Positions 50,346 through 58,315 of a stretch of DNA of 60,264 bases are shown here, in pieces. The first letter of the stretch is position 1. Every line of letters starts with the position of its first letter. The notes beneath the pieces were generated by a model. It ran no database searches and was not told the origin of the DNA. It saw only the letters and a program-made list of their open reading frames with translations. A program made the position numbers and the translations under genes. Source of the stretch: an uncultured virus (IMG/VR IMGVR_UViG_3300047474_000681) (lineage: Duplodnaviria; Heunggongvirae; Uroviricota; Caudoviricetes); the IMG/VR virus record IMGVR_UViG_3300047474_000681; one strand, written 5' to 3'.

Positions 50346-51115
50346 GAATTATAGCAGGACCATGTCAGCATGAGAGCTTAGGTCAAAGTTCAGAAATTGC
50401 ACGTGAATGTAAACGTGTATGTGATAAGTATGGTATTGAATATTTTTTTAAAGCTAGTTATGATAAAGCAAATCGCACATCACTAAGTGGCAAACGCGGT
50501 ATGGGTATGGACCCAACACTGCAAGATTTTTTAGCGTTAAAAGAAGCATTTAATGTAAAAACATTAACTGATGTACACGATGTTACACAAGTGCGTTCGA
50601 TTATGAGTCGATTAAAACACGCCGTAGATGTATTACAAATTCCTGCTTTTCTTTGTAGACAAACAGATCTAATACAAGAAGCATGTAGAACAGGCAAAAT
50701 TATTAATATTAAAAAAGGGCAATTTCTTGCACCTTGGGATGTTAACGGAATACTAAGTAAGTGTGAAGATGCTAACGACATCTGGATTACTGAAAGAGGA
50801 ACTAGTTTTGGATATAACAATTTGGTTGTTGATTTTACCGGCCTTGATTACATGCTTCGTAATCTTAGTGCTGATATCGTTCTTGATGCCACGCACAGCG
50901 TACAAAAGCCTGGTGGTAACGGAACTTCTAGCGACGGCAATCGGGATTATGTTCCTGGCTTACTTCGCGCAGGGAGTGCTTTGGGAGTTAGGAGTTTCTT
51001 TTTAGAAGTTCACGCTGATCCAGACAATGCACCAAGTGACGGTCCTAACATGCTTCGCTTGGATAAGTTTGAGGAGGTAGTACGTGATATCATCAGCTAT
51101 TCTTATACCGGCTAG
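50342..51115 (+). CDS. kdsA: KDO-8-phosphate synthase
   Basis: IAGPC, FKASYDKANRTS, TDVH, QIPAFLCRQTDL, NIKKGQF, ERG.SFGY, DATHSVQ.PG, EVH.DP..A.SDG; TTG start with SD AGGAG. Confidence 0.96.
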   Translation: MRIIAGPCQHESLGQSSEIARECKRVCDKYGIEYFFKASYDKANRTSLSGKRGMGMDPTLQDFLALKEAFNVKTLTDVHDVTQVRSIMSRLKHAVDVLQIPAFLCRQTDLIQEACRTGKIINIKKGQFLAPWDVNGILSKCEDANDIWITERGTSFGYNNLVVDFTGLDYMLRNLSADIVLDATHSVQKPGGNGTSSDGNRDYVPGLLRAGSALGVRSFFLEVHADPDNAPSDGPNMLRLDKFEEVVRDIISYSYTG

Positions 51116-51767
51116 GTATGCAAGCACACGCTTACCTGGAAAGCCTCTAATAGAGTTAGATGGCGTTCCTATGATAAAACGTGTGTATGACGCTTGTATT
51201 GCGTCTAAGATACCAACATACGTGCTTACTGACGATACACGTATTGCACAAGTTTTTAAAAATACAAGTGTAATTATAGACGACACACCATATGAAAACG
51301 GTACTGAAAGATGCGCTGGCGCAATGAAACTAGACTACATGCAAAAGTACGATCAGTTTATAAACGTACAAGGTGACATGCCTGATGTAACTGTTGCAAT
51401 GATTGATCAAGTACTTTGGCACCTTAAGAATTATTCAGTAACAACAATATTTACAGACATGCCTAAGGAGAAACAAAACGATCCAAACTCAGTTAAGATG
51501 GTACGCGGTGGTGATCAAGCACTATGGTTTGGCAGAGGAATGACTGGTTACGGCGACTGGCATTTGGGCGTATACGGATATAAACGCAACGCATTGGAAA
51601 TGTATAGTGGACTAGAAGTAACACAAGAAGAACAAGTTGAAAAATTAGAACAACTACGCTGGTTAAAAAACGGTTGGCAAATTGGTTGTTTGAGTGTACA
51701 ATATAATGGAGTAGAGATAAATTCTCCAGAGGATGTAGAAGAATGGCACAGCAAGCATTTCCAGTAA
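51084..51767 (+). CDS. kdsB: CMP-KDO synthetase (KdsB/KpsU)
   Basis: IPARYASTRLPGKPL, NGTERC, INVQGD.P, HLGVYGY, EKLEQLRWL. Confidence 0.93.
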   Translation: MISSAILIPARYASTRLPGKPLIELDGVPMIKRVYDACIASKIPTYVLTDDTRIAQVFKNTSVIIDDTPYENGTERCAGAMKLDYMQKYDQFINVQGDMPDVTVAMIDQVLWHLKNYSVTTIFTDMPKEKQNDPNSVKMVRGGDQALWFGRGMTGYGDWHLGVYGYKRNALEMYSGLEVTQEEQVEKLEQLRWLKNGWQIGCLSVQYNGVEINSPEDVEEWHSKHFQ

Positions 51768-52201
51768 AAGATGTACTAGCATGTTTAGACAGCAATGCTA
51801 AAAGTGTTTGGGATGAACTTACCGACGAACAGAAAAAAGGCGTAAACTTTTGGCTGCTGAATAGATATGCAAGTTCGGTTGCAGGCAGCAGAGAAGCACA
51901 AGAACTTGCTGTTGTTATGACTAATCAAATCTATAATAAAAACTGGAATGAGCTAGGAGCACGACATCCTAAACTACAATGGCAGTTGCTATGTTCTTTA
52001 CATAACGCAAATAGTGACATAAGACGACATGTATGGATTGGCTTTAAGAAAAAGTCAGGCGATAATAGTAAAGGCGTAAAACTGCTAGAAAAAATATATC
52101 CTAATATGAAAACAGATGAGGTAGAGTTACTTGCTAGATTATCTACAAAAAAAGAACTCAAAGAATTGGCTAAAGAATATGACATTGATGTCAAACTCTG
52201 A
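51743..52201 (+). CDS. Clamp-loader small subunit (gp62)-like protein
   Basis: FWLLNRYAS, N...N..W, LQWQLL...RRHVW pattern resembles gp62. Confidence 0.45.
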   Translation: MAQQAFPVKDVLACLDSNAKSVWDELTDEQKKGVNFWLLNRYASSVAGSREAQELAVVMTNQIYNKNWNELGARHPKLQWQLLCSLHNANSDIRRHVWIGFKKKSGDNSKGVKLLEKIYPNMKTDEVELLARLSTKKELKELAKEYDIDVKL

Positions 52202-52880
52202 AAAGCCATACAAATGCGAATATTGCGGCAACAGTTATATGAAAGAAAAAACATTAGCTGCGCATATGTGTGAGCCAAAAAGACGTTGGCTACAAAAAGA
52301 TGAAAAAAGAGTGAGGTACGGTTTATATGCATTCCAAAGATTCTACACCCTCTCAGCAGGGAACAAAAAAGAAAAAACGTATGAAGATTTTGTCGGGTCA
52401 CCCTATTATAATGCTTTTGTTAAGTTTGGCTCCTTTATTAGCAATGTACGTCCTTTATATCCTGAAAAATATATTGACTACGTTGTAACTAGTGGCGTTA
52501 AATTAGATCATTGGGCTAGAGACAGTTTATATGAAAAGTATGTTTTAGAATTTATTCTAAAAGAAGATGTGCATACAGCATTAGAACGCAGTGTAAAAAC
52601 AATGATGGAATGGGCAGAAGAGAAGCCAACTGCTCCGTGGAATCATTATTTTTATTATGTAAGTACTAATAGAGCAGTGTGGGATATTAGAGACGGAAAA
52701 ATATCTCCGTGGCTAGTACTTAATTGTAAGAGCGGTAAAGAGATGCTAAGTAAGTTTACTGATGAACAGCTTGGTCTTGTATATCATGTTATTGATCCAC
52801 AACATTGGGCTATGCGTTTTAAAAGACTTCCAAATGATATGCAGTTAGTTAAAGATATAGCAAAGGAATCAAAGTTATGA
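52188..52880 (+). CDS. C2H2-type zinc-finger protein
   Basis: KPYKCEYCGNSYMKEKTLAAHMC; start reassigned to ATG 52188. Confidence 0.6.
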   Translation: MSNSEKPYKCEYCGNSYMKEKTLAAHMCEPKRRWLQKDEKRVRYGLYAFQRFYTLSAGNKKEKTYEDFVGSPYYNAFVKFGSFISNVRPLYPEKYIDYVVTSGVKLDHWARDSLYEKYVLEFILKEDVHTALERSVKTMMEWAEEKPTAPWNHYFYYVSTNRAVWDIRDGKISPWLVLNCKSGKEMLSKFTDEQLGLVYHVIDPQHWAMRFKRLPNDMQLVKDIAKESKL

Positions 52881-53230
52881 AAGCTGGCAAAATATGGGGC
52901 CAAACAGAATTGGTACATGCCAACGGTGTATTAGAGTTTCACCGTATTGAATATAAAGCAGGATACAAGTGTTCAGAACACGAGCATCAGTTTAAATGGA
53001 ATGGATTTTATGTAGAGTCAGGAAAAATGATTGTACGTGTTTGGCAAGATGATCAAGGACTAGTTGATGAAACTATTCTTGAAGCTGGAGACTTTACACA
53101 AGTAAAACCTGGCAAGGTACATCAGTTTGAAGGTTTAGAGGATGGTGTTGCTTTTGAACTGTACTGGGCAGAATTTAATCACGATGACATTGTTCGCCGC
53201 ACCAGCGGCACATCTACAAAAAGGAAATAA
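52877..53230 (+). CDS. Cupin domain protein
   Basis: GKIWG, CSEHEH..KWNGFYVESG, PG.VHQF. Confidence 0.8.
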   Translation: MKAGKIWGQTELVHANGVLEFHRIEYKAGYKCSEHEHQFKWNGFYVESGKMIVRVWQDDQGLVDETILEAGDFTQVKPGKVHQFEGLEDGVAFELYWAEFNHDDIVRRTSGTSTKRK

Positions 53231-53233
53231 ATT

Positions 53234-53731
53234 ATGGAGTTAGTATATTATCCAGATCCTATTCTAAGTAAAGAATTACAAGATGTAAATATTGAAGAAC
53301 CGCAGTTTGATCCGTTACGTCTAAAAAAAGATATGGCTGTAGCTATGTTGTTAAACAACGGCATAGGATTAACAGCATCACAAGTCGGCTTGGACTATAA
53401 AGTGTTTACAATGGGAGACAAAGCTGAAAATGTTACTTTACATATTAACCCAACTGTGCTACAATATACAGAAGAAGTTAGTACAGAGATTGAAGGTTGT
53501 TTAAGTTTTCCTGGCATGTTTGTAAAAGTAAAACGTCCAGCTGAAATACTTGCAGAATACTATGACGAATTTTTAAAGAAACAAACGGTTAAAATTACAG
53601 GATATAGTGCTAGAGTTTATCTACACGAATTGGATCATTGTTTAGGTATTACTATGAAAGATAGATGTAGTAAATTAAAATGGGACATGGCTAAGAAAAA
53701 GGCACGTAAGATGGAGAAGCAAGTTGCCTGA
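53234..53731 (+). CDS. def: Peptide deformylase
   Basis: GIGLTASQVG, EGCLS, HELDH. Confidence 0.95.
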   Translation: MELVYYPDPILSKELQDVNIEEPQFDPLRLKKDMAVAMLLNNGIGLTASQVGLDYKVFTMGDKAENVTLHINPTVLQYTEEVSTEIEGCLSFPGMFVKVKRPAEILAEYYDEFLKKQTVKITGYSARVYLHELDHCLGITMKDRCSKLKWDMAKKKARKMEKQVA

Positions 53732-54281
53732 TATTGATATAGATTTTGCAGATAGAGATGAAATTCTACAAAAATTAACTCATCGTGTGGCAAAATTAAA
53801 CACAGGCAAAAAACATAATACTGGTGTGTATGCAACAGAAATACCACACAATCCTGTAGATAACTTATCTACAATTGAACATAAGACTGCTGAAGAACGT
53901 GGTTATTTTAAATTAGATTTTTTAAATGTAAGTATATATAATGATGTTACAAACGAAGAACATCTACAACAACTAATGAACAAGGAACCACAATGGGAAC
54001 TTCTCGAACACGACGATTTCAGCAGTCTAGTGTTTCACGTCGCAGGACATGGAACTATATTAAAGACAATGCGTCCGAAAACAATAGAACAACTAGCAGC
54101 AGTACTAGCAATGATACGTCCAGCCAAACGACACTTAGTCGGAGAAACTTGGGAAACAGTGATGAAGGAAGTTTGGGAAAAGCCAACTAACGGCGATTAC
54201 TACTTTAAGAAAGCACATGCTGTTTCTTATGCAATGGCTGTTGTAGTACATATGAATTTAATATGCGAAGATTTTACTTAG
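53724..54281 (+). CDS. Miniature DNA polymerase III alpha (DnaE)-like protein
   Basis: PDIDIDF, HNTGVY, GYFKLDFL, LAMIRP, YYFKKAHAVSYA; TTG start with SD GGAG. Confidence 0.8.
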   Translation: MPDIDIDFADRDEILQKLTHRVAKLNTGKKHNTGVYATEIPHNPVDNLSTIEHKTAEERGYFKLDFLNVSIYNDVTNEEHLQQLMNKEPQWELLEHDDFSSLVFHVAGHGTILKTMRPKTIEQLAAVLAMIRPAKRHLVGETWETVMKEVWEKPTNGDYYFKKAHAVSYAMAVVVHMNLICEDFT

Positions 54282-54642
54282 GTTTTCTTACTAGCTGAAC
54301 ACTTCTACGTTTTATTCTTTTAACAGTTAAATTATTTAAATTTACGCAAGGCCCTAGTGTTACCTTTACATCCTTACTATTCATAGTAATGATAGAATAT
54401 TTAAAAATGTCCATCTCTTTCTTTAGAAAGATGTTAATCGGTATCAAACGATTTGACTCCCACCACCACACGTCACCTAACTCTAAAAATAACTTTTGGT
54501 CATCTTTAGAATTTAGGTTGGTATAAACGTACATACTAGTTACCGTAGCATCTTGGTTTATTACAATTCCAATGTATTCGTTTCCGCCATATGTAACAAC
54601 GCTTAAAAATGGAAAGTTTTCTTGTATATCTTTTGTTAACAT
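54274..54642 (-). CDS. Hypothetical protein
   Basis: MLTKDIQENFPFL...WWWESNRLIPINIFL; start reassigned to 54642. Confidence 0.55.
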   Translation of the reverse strand: MLTKDIQENFPFLSVVTYGGNEYIGIVINQDATVTSMYVYTNLNSKDDQKLFLELGDVWWWESNRLIPINIFLKKEMDIFKYSIITMNSKDVKVTLGPCVNLNNLTVKRIKRRSVQLVRKPK

Positions 54643-54663
54643 CTGATTCCGATAAATATAGTT

Positions 54664-55449
54664 ATGCAACTAACACCTAGATATTTAGTCAATAATTCAA
54701 CCAAGCTCATAGCAAATGTGGCAGGATTCATAACGGAGTATAGACCAGTGTACAGTAAACAAATTCAAGTATATAAAGGCATTGATAATGTTTTAGATTT
54801 TAGAACATACAATGCAGATCAAAGACCTATAAACATAACAACATACACACCTAAGTTTGTTGCATTTGATGAAAACAACAATATGGTTATTGAAAAAGAC
54901 GGCACTATGCTCGACGATGGCGGCGTTGCAAAAAGAGGAAAGTTTAGTGTTACAATTACTGAAAACGAACTGCTTAATATCAAACAGCAATTTTTAAATT
55001 ATAACATTTATTTACAAGAAACAGACGGCGACAAAGTTTTAACATATAGTCATAGTAACTTTGATAACGATTCTACTATCTACGTAAATGCTAAAACTTT
55101 TCCCGGACCTGCGGCAACACACTCAGTATCAAGTTTTCAACAAGAGGGTGTTGGAGTTGATGTGTGGTATAGTAGCACAATCGATGCGCAACCAGGCATC
55201 AATGGCAACGAAGCTCTGCATACAGCAGCAGCGTATACAGCGTCATACAGCGGCGATCTTGTTGTACAAGTTACATTAGACAACCAAGTTACAGATGGTA
55301 CTAATTGGGCTGATATAGCAACATTAACCTTTACAGGATCTGAAACAGAACCTACCCCAGTAAATTTTAATGGAGTGTTCAGTCATCTACGCTTTAAAGC
55401 AACATCAAACCCAGCAGATAAAATAACAGAAATTTTAGTTAGAAATTGA
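54664..55449 (+). CDS. Hypothetical late (structural?) protein
   Basis: Beta-rich; ATAAATA at 54652-58 just upstream. Confidence 0.5.
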   Translation: MQLTPRYLVNNSTKLIANVAGFITEYRPVYSKQIQVYKGIDNVLDFRTYNADQRPINITTYTPKFVAFDENNNMVIEKDGTMLDDGGVAKRGKFSVTITENELLNIKQQFLNYNIYLQETDGDKVLTYSHSNFDNDSTIYVNAKTFPGPAATHSVSSFQQEGVGVDVWYSSTIDAQPGINGNEALHTAAAYTASYSGDLVVQVTLDNQVTDGTNWADIATLTFTGSETEPTPVNFNGVFSHLRFKATSNPADKITEILVRN

Positions 55450-55478
55450 TTGACAACATAGCATAACTACGCTATAAT
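55450..55478 (+). promoter_or_regulatory. Consensus sigma70 promoter, probably leaderless
   Basis: TTGACA-17-TATAAT-6 nt-ATG(55485). Confidence 0.8.
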
Positions 55479-55484
55479 AGTAAT

Positions 55485-56486
55485 ATGAGTGTAGTAGCTA
55501 ATACAGTTCTGACATACTTGCCTGCTAAGAGGAAAACAACTCCTAGTGGGTGGCTATCATTCAATGCGCCCTGCTGCCACCACAACGGTCATTCTGTAGA
55601 TAACAGAGGTCGTGGCGGACTTATAAGTAATCCAGACGGAGGTATTAGTTATCATTGTTTTAACTGTGGTTTCAAAGCTTCGTGGCAACCAGGGCGTAAC
55701 TTTTCACACAAGCTGCGAAGGCTCCTACAATGGATGGGAGCGCCTGACGATATAATCAACAAGGTGGCGCTTGAAGTAATGAGAGAAAACGAAGGAGTTC
55801 AAGCACAAGATCGTATTGCTGAACTACCTTCGTTTAACGTAGTTCCGCTACCAGAAGATGCAATTAAAATTGCTGATATTACAGATTTCAACAAATATAG
55901 TTTAGCTGTATTAGAGTATATGGCACAACGCGGGCTAAATTTAGATGACACAGATTATTACTGGGCACCAAGTCTAGGCTACCGTGATAGATTAATTATA
56001 CCATTTTACTACGAAGGCAACATAGTAGGATGGACTGGTCGTAGTGTACTTTCAGACAAGAAACCAAAATACCTAACTGAAGTACAACCAGGCTTTGTAT
56101 ACGGACTTGACGAACAACGATTTAACAAAGTCTTTGCTATTGTATGTGAAGGACAAATTGATGCAATACATGTAGAAGGATGTGCTTTAGGCGGCAGTGA
56201 AATATCAGACCAACAAGCAATGCTACTAAATAGATTACAGAAGCAAATTATTGTTGTGCCAGACAGAGACAAGGCAGGCAGCAAACTTGTAGAACGTGCT
56301 ATTGAATTAGGGTGGAGTGTTAGTTTGCCAAATTGGCCGCACGATGTTAATGATATCGGTGATGCTGTAGATAAGTATGGTAGACTATATACATTGCATA
56401 GTATAGCAAGTGAAGCTGCAGAAACTGCACTTAAAATTAGATTAAAAGCAAAAAAATGGTTTGGGAGTAAACATGAACACAATTAA
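55485..56486 (+). CDS. DNA primase (gp61/DnaG-like)
   Basis: Zn motif PCC...YHCFNCG, RLIIPF, GWTGR, PKY, TOPRIM CEGQIDA, PDRDKAG, DIGD. Confidence 0.88.
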   Translation: MSVVANTVLTYLPAKRKTTPSGWLSFNAPCCHHNGHSVDNRGRGGLISNPDGGISYHCFNCGFKASWQPGRNFSHKLRRLLQWMGAPDDIINKVALEVMRENEGVQAQDRIAELPSFNVVPLPEDAIKIADITDFNKYSLAVLEYMAQRGLNLDDTDYYWAPSLGYRDRLIIPFYYEGNIVGWTGRSVLSDKKPKYLTEVQPGFVYGLDEQRFNKVFAIVCEGQIDAIHVEGCALGGSEISDQQAMLLNRLQKQIIVVPDRDKAGSKLVERAIELGWSVSLPNWPHDVNDIGDAVDKYGRLYTLHSIASEAAETALKIRLKAKKWFGSKHEHN

Positions 56487-56607
56487 AAAAACATTAAAAT
56501 TTATTTGGTCAATTATTACATGGCCATACAGAAAGATTAAAGAAGAAATACAATATAGGAAACGTATGAAAGAACTACGGGAAAAGGACCCGTTCATTTA
56601 CAAATGA
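56473..56607 (+). CDS. 44-aa basic peptide, absent from the ORF track
   Basis: SD GGGAG; MNTIKKTLKFIWSIITWPYRKIKEEIQYRKRMKELREKDPFIYK*; ATGA overlap with the next gene. Confidence 0.7.
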   Translation: MNTIKKTLKFIWSIITWPYRKIKEEIQYRKRMKELREKDPFIYK

Positions 56608-57563
56608 TTATTTGGGGAATAGTTGGCAATAGCCACGATGCTAGTTTAGCAGTATTTAATAATGAAAAATTGTTATGGGCAGCACTTGCTAAAGATTTTA
56701 GCGGTGTTCCTAACGATCCTCATCTAAATAAGAAACTAATTAAAAAGGCACTTAAATTTGGAGCACCAAAAGAAATTATTTGGTATGAACGTCCTTTTTT
56801 AAAAACTATTAGACAATGGCGAGCAGGACAAGGTTGGTTAGGCAAAGAGAACGATATAGCTTCATATCTGTATGAACACAATATTGTTCGTCCAATACAG
56901 TACACTCAGCATCACCATTCACATGCAGCATATGCTTATTATACTCAGCCACATGACAACTGTGCTGTAATATGCTTAGATAGTATTGGTGAATTTGAAA
57001 CACTAACCATATGGCATGGAAAGAACAATAAACTAAAAAAGATTTACAGTCAACGTTATCCACATAGCCCAGGTTTATTTTACTCTTCAATGACTCAACG
57101 TGTTGGTGGCGTTGCACAAAGAGATGAATATATGATAGCTGGCATAGGTAAAGATCACGACCCTGAGTATTACAGAAGTGCAATGATGGACGAGATTATA
57201 CTAAAAATTCCTACAGCTAGTAACCCAGCCTGGAAGTTTAAGACTAATTTACACCGAGGGTGTAATTGGTTTTTACCCGAAGCTACTGATAAAGAAGCTA
57301 TGGGTAGACTTGCAGCAACTACCCAAAAAGTTTTTGAGGAAGCAGTTAGTGGACTTAGTACATGGGCTCAATGGAAAACCAAAAGCCCTAACTTAGCATT
57401 AGCAGGGGGTGGCGCACTTAATCGACAGGCTGTAGACAAAATTCGTCCGCAGTGGAATAATATACACGTACCTCAGAACCCAGGAGATCCTGGTAGCTGT
57501 ATTGGTGCTGTATTAGCAAAAACAAAAACAAAGGTAAACTTGGAAGGGAAATGGTTTGTATAG
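56604..57563 (+). CDS. Carbamoyltransferase N-terminal (Kae1-like) domain only
   Basis: SHDAS, YERP, HHHSHAA, LDSIGE, YPHSPGLFYS, AGGGALN, PGDPGSCIGA; no C-terminal YrdC-like domain. Confidence 0.8.
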   Translation: MIIWGIVGNSHDASLAVFNNEKLLWAALAKDFSGVPNDPHLNKKLIKKALKFGAPKEIIWYERPFLKTIRQWRAGQGWLGKENDIASYLYEHNIVRPIQYTQHHHSHAAYAYYTQPHDNCAVICLDSIGEFETLTIWHGKNNKLKKIYSQRYPHSPGLFYSSMTQRVGGVAQRDEYMIAGIGKDHDPEYYRSAMMDEIILKIPTASNPAWKFKTNLHRGCNWFLPEATDKEAMGRLAATTQKVFEEAVSGLSTWAQWKTKSPNLALAGGGALNRQAVDKIRPQWNNIHVPQNPGDPGSCIGAVLAKTKTKVNLEGKWFV

Positions 57564-58314
57564 CCTAGATGACATTACTGTATTTGGTGATAGCTGGGGG
57601 TGCGGAAGATGGACACGACCCGATGGATCATACGAATGGGGCCATGGAAACAACGGTGATAATTACTTTACTGAATCCCTACAAAGATATATACCTAGTG
57701 TTAAAAATCATTCCAGCGGCGGAAAATCTAATATTGAATCATTAAGAAGAATTCATAAAGAAATAAACAACAATAAACCAAAAAATATTTTAGTTATTCA
57801 AACAGAACCAATGCGTGATGTACTGCAATTTTTAGGATACCATCCTGATGACCACACTACAATTTATAGTATAACAAAAGAACATAATTTTCAATCCTAT
57901 GTTAATACACTAGTAGATTTTTTCTATTATAATTTAAATCTACTTGCTGAAAAAAACAACTTAAATTTATATATCACTGCTGGATGTTCTGATTTAAATT
58001 TAAAAATATTAAAAAAGTACAAGCATGTAATTCCGGTTTGTGATAGTTATTACAGATTACTAGATGACTCGTATACTAAATTAAATTCAATATCAGACAC
58101 TTATAATATATCACACGCTTTAGGAAAAGTTAGCAATAAAACCAATAAAATTATAGTTAATAATCTTACTCATAAACATAGAATACAAGAGAAGTACCAA
58201 GAAATATATTTTGGATACGCCGGCGACAATCACCCAAGCGGTGACGGAATAGATTTATGGATAGATCACATAATAAAAAACTTGACATTTATACGCAAAG
58301 GTAATACAATATAG
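57556..58314 (+). CDS. SGNH/GDSL-like hydrolase-fold protein
   Basis: VFGDSWG, N.S.GGKSN, DNHPS. Confidence 0.55.
   Translation: MYSLDDITVFGDSWGCGRWTRPDGSYEWGHGNNGDNYFTESLQRYIPSVKNHSSGGKSNIESLRRIHKEINNNKPKNILVIQTEPMRDVLQFLGYHPDDHTTIYSITKEHNFQSYVNTLVDFFYYNLNLLAEKNNLNLYITAGCSDLNLKILKKYKHVIPVCDSYYRLLDDSYTKLNSISDTYNISHALGKVSNKTNKIIVNNLTHKHRIQEKYQEIYFGYAGDNHPSGDGIDLWIDHIIKNLTFIRKGNTI
58282..58310 (+). promoter_or_regulatory. sigma70 promoter, probably leaderless
   Basis: TTGACA-17-TACAAT-5 nt-ATG(58316). Confidence 0.75.
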
Positions 58315-58315
58315 T

